Of a stretch of DNA of 64,000 nucleotides, positions 52,267 to 64,000 are shown piece by piece. The position numbers were made by a program, and so were the translations under genes. Source of the stretch: Eledone cirrhosa (lineage: Eukaryota); contig OZ024756.1 of NCBI GenBank assembly GCA_964016885.1, forward strand, positions 10,974,001-11,038,000. The letters are read 5' to 3'. Numbering within the stretch: the first letter of the stretch is position 1; each line of letters begins with the position of its first letter. The notes beneath the pieces were generated by a model. The model was given only the letters and a program-made list of their open reading frames with translations. It was not told where the DNA came from and made no database searches.

Positions 52267-52655
52267 TCATCATCATCATCATTTCATCATTTTACATCCA
52301 CTTTTCCCTGCTTGCAAGGGTGGGACGGGAACTGCTTCTGGCTTGATTTCTACAGCTGGATGCCCTTCCTAACACCAACCTCATTTACAGTGAGTGCTGG
52401 GTGCTTTTTTTCCGTGGCGACTACTCGTCCGCTTTACAGTGTGGGCTCGCTGCTTTTTTGCCGTGGCACCTCCATGACCACTTTGCAGTGGAATGATAGG
52501 GACCCCAGTCCCTATCATCTCATTTCTACAGCTGAGTAAACTGGAGCAATGTGAAATAAAGTGTCTTGCTCAAGGAAACAACACATCACCCAGTCTGAGA
52601 ATTGAATTCACAACCTTTCGATTGCAAGCCCAATGCTCTAACCACTAAGCCATGT
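52267..52655 (-). mobile_element. tRNA-derived SINE family A, full length
   Basis: Near-identical to 10235-10607 and 25510-25852. Confidence 0.9.
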
Positions 52656-52763
52656 ATGCTGAATTACTATATATGTGCTTCTGTGTGTTTCTGTGTGCGT
52701 GAGTATCTATGTGTGTGTAGAGGAGGGTGCCATGTTTATGTGTATCTATAAAGGAGGGTGTAC

Positions 52764-52808
<45 letters not shown>

Positions 52809-53629
52809 CGTGTGTTTCTGTGGGGTATCTGTGTGTATCTATAGGGGGAAAGTGGTCTGTGTGTGTGTGGGGGGGGGGGGGGGGGTTGTGTGTGTGTGTG
52901 GCTGTAATATCTGATACAAGATACCAACTCAAACTATTTGAACTCACACTTGACTTCGAGACTTCCACAATGTCATGTGACAGGAAGCTCATTCATAAGA
53001 ATCTCCGTTAACTCTCTCAAGCACTTGAAACACATTTATCAACTGTCTAACCTTTGACCCATTGCACCATTAGAAAGCAAACTTGTCATTGAGGTTAAAG
53101 TTGAAAATGTTGTGTGTGCAATGTGAATGCAGTTGTGCCTTAAAATATACATTTAAATACAATATACACATTAACCGTTTTGATGGCATTCAAACCCAAT
53201 AAACCCAAACCCCACCGCTGGTTCTCTGAAATAAAACTACACTTATTCTCTTGTCTTGATTTCATGGCTGCCTCCCTAGTTGAGTCAAGGACGCAACAAA
53301 CACCCAAGTGTCATAAATGAAAACATGATTTATATTTTAAACTAGAAAGTAACTTTTACACCATTCTGTGTAGATACACTTAAAAAATTAAAAGCAGCAC
53401 TCACTCACATGTTGTCCTTTTTTATAATTTTCATTTTGATGCATCAATTTTCTCCACAACTATATATGATATATGATTTCCACTGTACTTCATTTATCTG
53501 TAACCACATGTCTTTTTTATTTTACTTTATTTTACTTTATTTTATTACAATTTATCTGCTCCTATTTTTCATATGTTTTCCGCCTCAGTTGCTTGGTTAC
53601 CTTATATAAATATTAATGCTAGCTCTGAT

Positions 53630-54030
53630 CTAGTAACATCTCAGGAAGAAACCAGACTACAGCGCTATGGACTAGAAAGCCAGAGAATGACTCCCCTCCT
53701 ATTGACATGGGAATCCCCTCCTTCTGAAGCCCTCCCTCTTGGCTCAGGAGCACCATGGGTCCAGTGGAAGACACTTAACCACCTGCGAACAGGAATGGAG
53801 CGATCAAAAGCTGCTATGGCCAGATGGGGCTACAAGACCGGCCCAACCATCTGTGAATGCGGAGAGAAGGACCATACGATGCAGCACTGCCTCGTTTGCC
53901 CTCTACTACCCAACCAGTGCAGCTTAAAAGATCTCGCAGAATTTAATAATAATGCAAAGGACTGTGTAAAGAAATGGGGAAACTGTCATATAACCACATG
54001 CTTCTAAGATACGAAAAGAAGAAGAAGATG
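53630..54030 (+). mobile_element. 3' end of an Ingi/Vingi-like LINE (C-terminal Cys/His finger, (GAA)n tail)
   Basis: WKTLNHLRTGMERSKAAMARWG...CECGEKDHTMQHCLVCP then ACGAAAAGAAGAAGAAG. Clade assignment rests on motif resemblance only. Confidence 0.65.
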
Positions 54031-55004
54031 ATCTATTATGTATCCTCCTAATGTTCTGGTGACAAAGTTTTGCTCTTATATTTGTGTTTGACTTTTGTTA
54101 TCAACTCTGATGATTCCGGCCTTGAACTAGGATGAAATGATCCCAGTTATTAAATGTTTGAAAGATTAAATACTCTTTGATTATTATTTACACGAGCAGA
54201 AAAACCACCCTTTCGGTAGTTTTCTGCTTGCATGTGTAGTGTGCATATTGATATTATATGCAAATAAATGTGCATATAGATATGATACGTCAAATAAAAT
54301 CGTAATTGAGAATATGCACAGAAATTGAAGAAAGACTGTGTTACACTGTCGTCTGTAATCAGTAAAGTAATCGATGATACATTTTAAAATAAACAATATT
54401 ATATATAAATTATATTACGGTGAAATGTTATGAAAACAAAAAAGGAGAAAATTAGTGACGGAAATATAAATGTTATGATATAACGATGCAAATATATGGA
54501 TGTTTATATAAGTGATATAATACAGCGTCTGTTATATCATAACCGGAAGTATTGACATTTGAAAATTTTAAAAGAAGTGAATCTTAAAATAAGCAATCAT
54601 TATATATAAGAATATTTATGTTTAATCAACAGCTACGAAATTTAGTAGATAAATTATGAAATATTCATTCATTATTTATTCAAAGTAATCCAACATATTT
54701 TACTAACGGGATAAAAAAATATATTCAGGACACAATCCCGCACCCCTCCCTTTATTATATTATGATTGTGTATATATATATATATATTGCACCCCAGTGC
54801 ACAGGATAAGGAGAAGAAACCAACAATTTCATTTAGTCTGGGCTGAATTGTTTAACACTCGCACATAATCCCAAACTTTCCACTATTAACTAAATGATAC
54901 TAAATGGTACTAAATGGACTGGTACTTCGGAAGTGCAAGTTCTGTGAATGCATCAAGAGAGTGGGAAAGTTCAACGTACTGGCACAAACTCAGTTTGTCT
55001 GGTT

Positions 55005-56066
55005 CAATACAGTTATGGGTACATAAAAGATGTAGAGGGGTCACAGGTAAGCTATCTAAGAATGTAGATTTTATATGTGGCTCGATACTCAGGTGCAATA
55101 AGTAGCAAGTGCCCACAGGATATTAGCTACTTCTATTGCCCAGATGGTTCTATAGAAATAGTGGACACCTTCTGTTACCTGGTTGACAAAATCAGCAGTG
55201 GAGGAGGGTGTTCTGAAAGTACAGTAGCCAGAGTTAGAACGGGATGGAAAAAGTTCAGAGAGCTTATACCACTATTGGCCACTAAAGGTTTCTCTCTAAA
55301 AATGAAAGGCAGATTGTATGATGTCTGTATACGAACAGCAATGTTACATACATGGCAGTGAGACCTGGGCATTGTGTGCAGAGGACCTGCGCAGACTGGA
55401 AAGAAATGAAGCTTGCATGTTCCAATGGATGTGTAATAGTAATGTGTGCAAAAGGCAAAGCATAAATGAATTAAGAGGGAGACTAAGCATAAGAGGTATC
55501 AAATGTTGTGTTCTGGAGAGGAGACTGCGTTGGTATGGACATGTGATGCGTATGAAGGACAACAGCTGTATAAAAAAGTTCAGGGCAATGAAAGTTGATG
55601 GAAGCTACAGAGTGAGTAGACCAAGAAAAACCTGGGACAAGGTGATAAAAACTGACCTTGCTCACCTACACCTCTCTAAGACAAGACAATCACAGTGGAT
55701 CAAGACCTTTGGCACCATGCAGTTGTACAGAGGACCCAACTGCCATTGCATACAAACCTACAGTCAGTAGGCACCTCTTAACTCAATGTATACCCCACCG
55801 CCTCACCCTACCCCATCCTCCCTCTCCCGTTCCGTCCACTGTGTCGATGACACAACAGTCCACACTGTAAGGTGGCCGTGTAGGAGACATGGTGAAAAGG
55901 CTCCCAGTCCATACTGTAAATGTGGTTTGTGTTAGGAAGGGCATCCAGCTGTAAAAAACGTGCGAGCGAGGCATGGTCTCCCGACCATTCCCGCATCAAA
56001 CGGAACAAACCGTCTAACCCATGCTAGCGTGGAAGATGAACATTAATCGATGATGATGATGATGAC
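55005..56066 (+). mobile_element. RTE LINE 3' part, same family as 36079-38025
   Basis: WVHKRCRGVTGKLSKNVDFIC...GGCSESTVARVRTGWKKFREL...LRWYGHVMRM; V-like domain in the UTR; (GAT)n tail. Confidence 0.9.
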
Positions 56067-56079
56067 ATATATATATATA

Positions 56080-57685
56080 TCATCCATCATCATCATTTTA
56101 CGTTCGCTTTTCCCTGCTTGCAAGGGTGGGACGGGTCCTATTCAGCACATCATCTCTCCTCTTGTCACAGTCCTTCGTCATCTCCACTATGAGCTTCAGC
56201 GATCTGAGGTCTGTTCTCACCACCTCTGCCCATGTTTTTCGAGGTCTGTTCTCACCACCTCTGCCCATGTTTTTTGTGGTCTGCCTCTACCACGTCTTCC
56301 TTCAACTGGCATTTCCTGCCACTTTTTCACCCATCGGTCATCCCCCATACGCATCACATGTCCATACCATCGCAGTCTCCTCTCCCGTACACTACAATCT
56401 ATCCCTCTCAGACACATTCATGCTGGGTCGTTTATGCACATTGACATTGGACATCCAACAGAGCATGCTTGCCTCATTTCTCTCCAGCCGTTGCATATCC
56501 TCTGCAGTTGCTGCCGATGTCTCACTACCATGCAGCATCGTGCTCCTCACACAGGCATCATATAACCGGCCTTTCGTACACAGGGAGAAACCCTTCTTCA
56601 TCAGCAGAGGAAGCAGCTCCCTAAACTTCTTCCAACCCGTCCTTATTCTAGATACTATGGCCTCGGAACACCCCCACTTCCATGCTAAGGTATGATCTCC
56701 TAGGTACCGGAAGCTATCCACCACTTCTATAGTGCCCTCCTGCATTTGAAAAATGTGTCTATCAATGCGACTTCTACTGTCTAATTTCTCTGTACATCTA
56801 CTGCGTACATATTTCTCCCTACCTGTTAGTTTGCCTGCTTTCCCACTACATCTCTTGTGTACCCAAGATCTACATCGTGTGCATTTTATAGAACTTATGC
56901 CAGTTCCTTTTCTGCATATCAAACATAGCCATTTCCCTGACGGAATCAGAGTTTTGTTCTCTTTTCTACTCATCTGCCTTGCAATGTGGAATGCCACACG
57001 TCTCTGATCTTCCCATCGCAGAACATTGGCAAGCCTTCTACTCTCAGCCTCCCTGCGTGCTAAATACACCTGACGTCTAGCTTCTCTCTTAGTGGCTGTA
57101 TATCCTTCCCTACTCCCACCCTTTTTCCAAGCCTTCCATGCTAGTCTTTTGTCTCTAATGGCCCTATCTACCATGCTGTTCCACCACCAGGTCACTCTCT
57201 GTCTGGTTGGAGCTCTGCTCCAACCACAAGTTTCATCAGTAACCTGCAGTAAGAAATTCCAGTTATCATCTATGTCATACAACTCTAAATCGTCTTCTTT
57301 TTCGTCATACACATCTTGAAGGGCTTTCCTAAATTTGTATTTTAGTGAAAGGTCTTTTAGCTTCCAGACTTTTCTTCTCCACACCTTCCTGTATGTCTCA
57401 TTCCGTCTGTGCTTACTGAGATATCACTAAAGACTAACCTATGCTGTGGGGTACATTCTTCCCCAGGGTATGCCTTGGTATTTGACACCATCTGCCTGTC
57501 CCGCTGCCTAATTAGTAAGAAGTCAATCTGGCTTATGTGCTCACCTGATTTGTAGGTTATTAGGTGGTTGGTAGGCTTCTGGAAGTTAGTGTTGCAAATG
57601 GTTAGTGGACTTGCATCACAAAATTCAAGAAGTCTCACCCCTTCTTCATTTCTTGAGCCGTAACCATGCCCACTATGTTCCCCAG
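56080..57685 (-). mobile_element. RTE LINE (related family), internally deleted for the RT core
   Basis: APE C-terminus YKSGEHISQIDFLL...PQHRLV; linker TWWWN; direct jump from ARQM to SRKENK-PHD; then DSFRYLG, LRWYGHV and tail. Confidence 0.88.
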
Positions 57686-57687
57686 TG

Positions 57688-58468
57688 GGAGCTATAGCAG
57701 AGGGAGCTATAGCAGTAAGCTATAGGCAGCTATAGGAGTCAGCTACAGGGAGCTATAGCAGTAAGCTATAGGCAGCTATAGGAGTCAGCTACAGGGAGCT
57801 ATAGCAGTAAGCTATAGGCAGCTATAGGAGTCAGCTACAGGGAGCTATAGCAGTAAGCTATAGGCAGCTATAGGAGTCAGCTACAGGGAGCTATAGCAGT
57901 AAGCTATAGGCAGCTATAGGAGTCAGCTACAGGGAGCTATAGCAGTAAGCTATAAGCAGCTATAGGAGTCAGCTATAGGGAGCTATAGCAGTAAGCTATA
58001 GGCAGCTATAGGAGTCAGCTACAGGGAGCTATAGCAGTAAGCTATAGGCAGCTATAGGAGTCAGCTACAGGGAGCTATAGCAGTAAGCTATAGGCAGCTA
58101 TAGGAGTCAGCTACAGGGAGCTATAGCAGTAAGCTATAGGCAGCTATAGAAGTCAGCTACAGGGAGCTATAGCAGTAAGCTATAGGCAGCTATAGAAGTC
58201 AGCTACAGGGAGCTATAGCAGTAAGCTATAGGCAGCTATAGGAGTCAGCTACAGGGAGCTATAGCAGTAAGCTATAGGCAGCTATAGGAGTCAGCTATAG
58301 GGAGCTATAGCAGTAAGCTATAGGCAGCTATAGGAGTCAGCTATAGGGAGCTATAGCAGTAAGCTATAGGAGTCAGCTATAGGGAGCTATAGGAGTAAGA
58401 TATAGACAGCTATAGGGAGCTATAGGAGTCAGCTATAGGGAGCTATAGGAGTAAGATATAGGGAGCTA
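57688..58468. repeat. 46-bp minisatellite built from AGCTATAG subrepeats (~16 units)
   Basis: Unit AGGGAGCTATAGCAGTAAGCTATAGGCAGCTATAGGAGTCAGCTAC. Confidence 0.95.
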
Positions 58469-59239
58469 TTTGTTTTATTGTTTGTTAGAGGTGTAGAAAG
58501 ATGAGTGTGTGAGAGTTAATGTTAGAATTAATATCTATCTATATATAGATAGATAGACAGATAACTGTAAAGTGGTCAAGTGCTCAGCCCACACTGTAAA
58601 GTTGTCATGTAGGTGTCATGACAAAAAGCATCCAGCCATCACTGTAAATAATGTTGGCACTAGGAAGAGCATCCAGCTTTAGAAACCAAGCCAAAATCGG
58701 TTCTGTATGAGCAAGATATGGTCATCTGACCTGGCATTGCTCACAACAGGATAACTTGCCTAACCCATGCTAGCATGGAAACATAGATGTTAAACAGTGA
58801 TGATGATGATATACTGTAGAAATAGTTTGGTAGAAATATCCAAGGGTAAGAGCACTCAGTCCATAGGAGGAGTTAAGTATAATTAGTTACAACAGTGACA
58901 TCTAGATGTACTTAGGTTTTGTAGGGTTATACACCCTAACTCATTCAACCAAAGATGGCCACTAAAGGTTGAATGTAATCTCCTTTAGAAAGAATATATA
59001 ACAGCTCTTTGAAGGCAGGTAATTTCGAAAATAGCTATAAATATCTATAAATAACCAAAATTATTAGATAGGGTATAGGGAGGTAACTATCTTAAACTAA
59101 TATCAAATGTAGGGAAATTTATGCTAAGTTAGTAATTCAAAGAAATCAAATTCCTTGAAACATAAATTAGTTAGTAATACAAAGAAAATATATTCCTTGA
59201 TGTTCAAATTAGTTAGTCAGGTCTATACCATTTACTTAG

Positions 59240-62200
59240 AATGCATTTCACTTCATGCGGACAGTGACTAAAGCAGTCAAGGCACGTATTTAAGCAGTGT
59301 TTATCTGAAGCCAGTTGTGAGAATATATTCCACTTTTATGAGTTACATAGCCAGCTAAATTTCATCTCGTTAACATAGGGGTAGATTTTTCTAATATACT
59401 CCATTTGATGGAAAAAGGTTTGCCGTTATTTTTAAGGCTACATACATGGTTTGCGAGCTGGGTGGCATGTTTTTGTCGGAATGTCTGAAAGTTGTTGCAT
59501 GGTTCAGGTACCAGCTTTTGAACCAGCTCTCAGTGTTGCACTGCTGGAGTGTTGCACTGCTGGAGTGTTGCACTGCTGGAGTGTTGCACTGCTGGAGTGT
59601 TGCACTGCTGGAGTGTTGCACTGCTGGAGTGTTGCACTGTTGGAGTGTTGCACTGCTGGAGTGGTGCACTGCTGGAGTGTTGCACTGCTGGAGTGTTGCA
59701 CTGCTGGAGTGTTGCACTGCTGGAGTGTTGCACTGCTGGAGTGTTGCACTGCTGGAGTGTTGCACTGCTGGAGTGTTGCACTGCTGGAGTGTTGCACTGC
59801 TGGAGTGTTGCACTGCTGGAGTGTTGCAGTGCTGGAGTGTTGCACTGCTGGAGTGTTGCACTGCTTGATGTATCACTGCTGGAGTGTTGCACTGCTGGAG
59901 TGTTGCACTGCTGGAGTGGTGCACTGCTGGAGTGTTGCACTGCTGGAGTGTTGCACTGCTGGAGTGTTGCACTGCTGGAGTGTTGCACTGCTGGAGTGTT
60001 GCACTGCTGGAGTGTTGCACTGCTGGAGTGTTGCACTGCTGGAGTGTTGCACTGCTGGAGTGTTGCACTGCTGGAGTGTTGCACTGCTGGAGTGTTGCAC
60101 TGCTGGAGTGTTGCACTGCTGAAGTGTTGCACTGCTGGAGTGTTGCACTGCTGGAGTGTTGCACTGCTGGAGTGGTGCACTGCTGGAGTGTTGCTCTGCT
60201 GGAGTGTTGCACTGCTGGAGTGTTGCACTGCTGGAGTGGCTGGAGTGTTGCACTGCTGGAGTGTTGCACTGCTGGAGTGTTGCACTGCTGGAGTGTTGCA
60301 GTGCTGGAGTGGTGCACTGCTGGAGTGTTGCACTGCTGGAGTGGTGCACTGCTGGAGTGTTGCACTGCTGGAGTGTTGCACTGCTGGAGTGTTGCACTGT
60401 TGGAGTGTTGCACTGCTGGAGTGTTGCACTGCTGGAGTGTTTCACTGCTGGAGTGTTGCACTGTTGGAGTGTTGCACTGCTGGAGTGTTGCACTGCTGGA
60501 GTGTTGCACTGCTGGAGTGTTTCACTGCTGGAGTGTTGCACTGCTGGAGTGTTGCACTGCTGGAGTGTTTCACTGCTGGAGTGGTGCACTGCTGGAGTGT
60601 TGCACTGCTGGAGTGTTGCACTGCTGGAGTGTTGCACTGCTGGAGTGTTGCACTGCTGGAGTGGCTGGAGTGTTGCACTGCTGGAGTGTTGCACTGCTGG
60701 AGTGTTTCACTGCTGGAGTGTTGCACTGCTGGAGTGTTGCACTGCTGGAGTGGTGCACTGCTGGAGTGGTGCACTGCTGGAGTGTTGCACTGCTGGAGTG
60801 TTGCACTGCTGGAGTGTTGCACTGCTGGAGTGGCTGGAGTGTTGCACTGCTGGAGTGTTGCACTGCTGGAGTGTTGCACTGCTGGAGTGTTGCACTGCTG
60901 GAGTGTTGCACTGCTGGAGTGGCTGGAGTGTTGCACTGCTGGAGTGTTGCACTGCTGGAGTGTTGCACTGCTTGATGTATCACTGCTGGAGTGTTGCACT
61001 GCTGGAGTGTTGCACTGCTGGAGTGTTGCACTGCTGGAGTGTTGCACTGCTGTAGTGTTGCACTGCTGTAGTGTTGCACTGCTGGAGTGTTGCACTGCTG
61101 GAGTGTTGCACTGCTGGAGTGTTGCACTGCTGGAGTGTTGCACTGCTGGAGTGTTGCACTGCTTGATGTATCACTGCTGGAGTGTTGCACTGCTGGAGTG
61201 TTGCACTGCTGGAGTGTTGCACTGCTGGAGTGTTGCACTGCTGGAGTGTTGCACTGCTGGAGTGTTGCACTGCTGGAGTGGTGCACTGCTGGAGTGTTGC
61301 ACTGCTGGAGTGTTGCACTGCTGGAGTGGTGCACTGCTGGAGTGTTGCACTGCTGGAGTGTTGCACTGCTGGAGTGTTGCACTGCTGGAGTGGCTGGAGT
61401 GTTGCACTGCTGGAGTGTTGCACTGCTGGAGTGTTGCACTGCTGGAGTGGCTGGAGTGTTGCACTGCTGGAGTGTTGCACTGCTGGAGTGGTGCACTGCT
61501 GGAGTGTTGCACTGCTGGAGTGTTGCACTGCTTGATGTATCACTGCTGGAGTGTTGCACTGCTGGAGTGTTGCACTGCTGGAGTGTTGCACTGCTGGAGT
61601 GTTGCACTGCTGGAGTGTTGCACTGCTGGAGTGTTGCACTGCTGGAGTGTTGCACTGCTTGATGTATCACTGCTGGAGTGTTGCACTGCTGGAGTGTTGC
61701 ACTGCTGGAGTGGTGCACTGCTTGATGTATCACTGCTGGAGTGTTGCACTGCTGGAGTGTTGCACTGCTGGAGTGGTGCACTGCTGGAGTGTTGCACTGC
61801 TGGAGTGGTGCACTGCTGGAGTGTTGCACTGCTTGATGTATCACTGCTGGAGTGTTGCACTGCTGGAGTGTTGCACTGCTTGATGTATCACTGCTGGAGT
61901 GTTGCACTGCTGGAGTGGTGCACTGCTGGAGTGTTGCACTGCTGGAGTGTTGCACTGCTGGAGTGGTGCACTGCTGGAGTGTTGCACTGCTGGAGTGGTG
62001 CACTGCTGGAGTGTTGCACTGCTTGATGTATCACTGCTGGAGTGTTGCACTGCTTGATGTATCACTGCTGGAGTGTTGCAGTGCTGGAGTGTTGCACTGC
62101 TTGATGTATCACTGCTGGAGTGTTGCACTGCTGGAGTGTTGCACTGCTTGATGTATCACTGCTGGAGTGTTGCAGTGCTGGAGTGGTGCACTGCTGGAGT

Positions 62201-63670
62201 GTTGCACTGCTGGAGTGTTGCACTGCTGGAGTGGTGCACTGCTGGAGTGTTGCACTGCTGGAGTGGTGCACTGCTGGAGTGTATCACTGCTGGAGTGTTG
62301 CACTGCTGGAGTGTTGCACTGCTGGAGTGTTGCACTGCTGGAGTGTTGCACTGCTGGAGTGTTGCACTGCTTGATGTATCACTGCTGGAGTGTTGCACTG
62401 CTTGATGTATCACTGCTGGAGTGTTGCAGTGCTGGAGTGTTGCACTGCTTGATGTATCACTGCTGGAGTGTTGCACTGCTGGAGTGTTGCACTGCTTGAT
62501 GTATCACTGCTGGAGTGTTGCAGTGCTGGAGTGGTGCACTGCTGGAGTGTTGCACTGCTGGAGTGTTGCACTGCTGGAGTGGTGCACTGCTGGAGTGTTG
62601 CACTGCTGGAGTGGTGCACTGCTGGAGTGTTGCACTGCTTGATGTATCACTGCTGGAGTGTTGCACTGCTGGAGTGTTGCACTGCTGGAGTGTTGCACTG
62701 CTGGAGTGTTGCACTGCTTGATGTATCACTGCTGGAGTGTTGCACTGCTGGAGTGGTGCACTGCTGGAGTGTTGCACTGCTTGATGTATCACTGCTGGAG
62801 TGTTGCACTGCTGGAGTGTTGCAGTGCTGGAGTGTTGCAGTGCTGGAGTGTTGCACTGCTGGAGTGTTGCAGTGCTGGAGTGTTGCACTGCTGGAGTGTT
62901 GCACTGCTGGAGTGTTGCACTGCTGGAGTGTTGCACTGCTGGAGGGTTGCACTGCTGGAGTGGCTGGAGTGTTGCACTGCTGGAGTGGTGCACTGCTGGA
63001 GTGTTGCACTGCTGGAGTGGTGCACTGCTGGAGTGTTGCACTGCTGGAGTGTTGCACTGCTGGAGTGTTGCACTGCTGGAGTGTTGCACTGCTGGAGTGT
63101 TGCACTGCTGGAGTGTTGCACTGCTGGAGTGTTGCACTGCTGGAGTGTTATACTGCTGGAGTGTTGCACTGCTGGAGTGTTGCACTGCTGGAGTGTTGCA
63201 CTGCTGGAGTGTTGCACTGCTGGAGTGTTATACTGCTGGAGTGTTGCACTGCTGGAGTGTTTTCACTGTATGGCAATTGAATATGTCAGTATTTATGGCC
63301 AACAGAGACGTGGAGGTCTAGGATGGCTAGGAATTTTCTACCTATATTAGTTTTCACATTAAGTGCAAAAGGTGGTGCAAACCATATAACATCTCTATGT
63401 CTACGTTTTTTTTTCTTTCTAGATGTAGGACGGTGATATGGAGAGTACGTGATTCTTTTAGAGAAGCCACTGTTGCTTAGTGCTGAGTAGGATGCTGCCC
63501 TATCAAAGATGGCTTTGGTAGAAGAGAGGTTGGACACCTTCTTATTAATGTTATTGATAAGATTGAGGGTTGCTAGAGTCCTTATAAATGTACTTAAGTT
63601 TCTCACTGTGTTAGTGGAAGGCTCTGTATGTGCATGTCCGTAGGTCTAAATTAACGTCTAGGAAATTAAC
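59240..63670 (-). mobile_element. Second, decayed Penelope-like element split by a 16-bp satellite
   Basis: Right part: NFLDVNLDL, NINKKVSNLSS...ALSNSGF...VIWFAPPFALNVKTNIGRKFLAILD. Left part (frameshifted): TESWFKSWYLNHATTFRHSDK / TQLANHV...FSIKWSILEKS...WLCN...CLN, homologous to 15170-15420. Confidence 0.82.
59532..63268. repeat. 16-bp satellite (~230 units) with an interspersed 15-bp variant
   Basis: Unit GTGTTGCACTGCTGGA; variant CTTGATGTATCACTG. Confidence 0.97.
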
Positions 63671-63867
63671 ATCATCATCATCACCACCACCAGATTTTCT
63701 CACCCTAAACCAACCCTGGCCAACAGAACTACCTGAAAATCACCGAAATACTTGATAATTACTGAAATAATTAATCAATTAAATATATGACCTTGTTTAA
63801 CCTTCTGCTTCGGAACCTTCATCTTTCAACTGGAGATCATAACTTTATCTCTCTTTACTTTCATTTG

Positions 63868-64000
63868 CTGCCTTCTTCTTCTTCTTCTTCTTCTTTGCCT
63901 TCTTCTTCTTCTATGCCTTCTTCTTCTTTTTCTTCTTCTTCTTCTTCTTCTTCTTCGGCTTCTTTTTCTTCATCTTCTTCTTCTTTGCCATCTTTTTCTT
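63868..64000. repeat. (CTT)n microsatellite
   Basis: Direct reading. Confidence 0.9.

Noticed and set aside
59391-63350. Cys-rich ORFs up to 825 aa
   Set aside because: A 16-bp repeat open in multiple frames on both strands; not a gene.

Overview
Repeat-saturated eukaryotic DNA with no host protein-coding gene, rRNA, true tRNA gene or CRISPR array that I can support. The SINE types and very dense microsatellites suggest a mollusc, probably an octopus-like cephalopod; this is inference only. Retroelements present: a near full-length Penelope-like element (RT + GIY-YIG) with three minimal hammerhead ribozymes plus an inverted partial copy, a second decayed Penelope-like element, several RTE-clade LINE fragments (one family has a C4HC3 PHD-type finger inside the RT domain), a CRE-like RLE 3' end, an R4/Dong-like RT fragment, a Vingi/Ingi-like 3' end, two solo LTRs and three tRNA-derived SINE families. 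DNA elements present: a DD37D (maT) transposase remnant, piggyBac-type MITEs and a Helitron-like element. There are about 12 minisatellite/satellite arrays. The strongest unusual signals are four. (i) Several arrays derive from TE coding or SINE sequence present in the same window, and several sit at TE breakpoints. (ii) A PHD finger is embedded in the RTE RT. (iii) A foldback-like inverted duplication spans about 7.5 kb. (iv) An RTE LINE shows a 5' inversion with twin-priming geometry. Most long ORFs in the track are artefacts of tandem repeats. Coordinates were read by eye and copy numbers are approximate.
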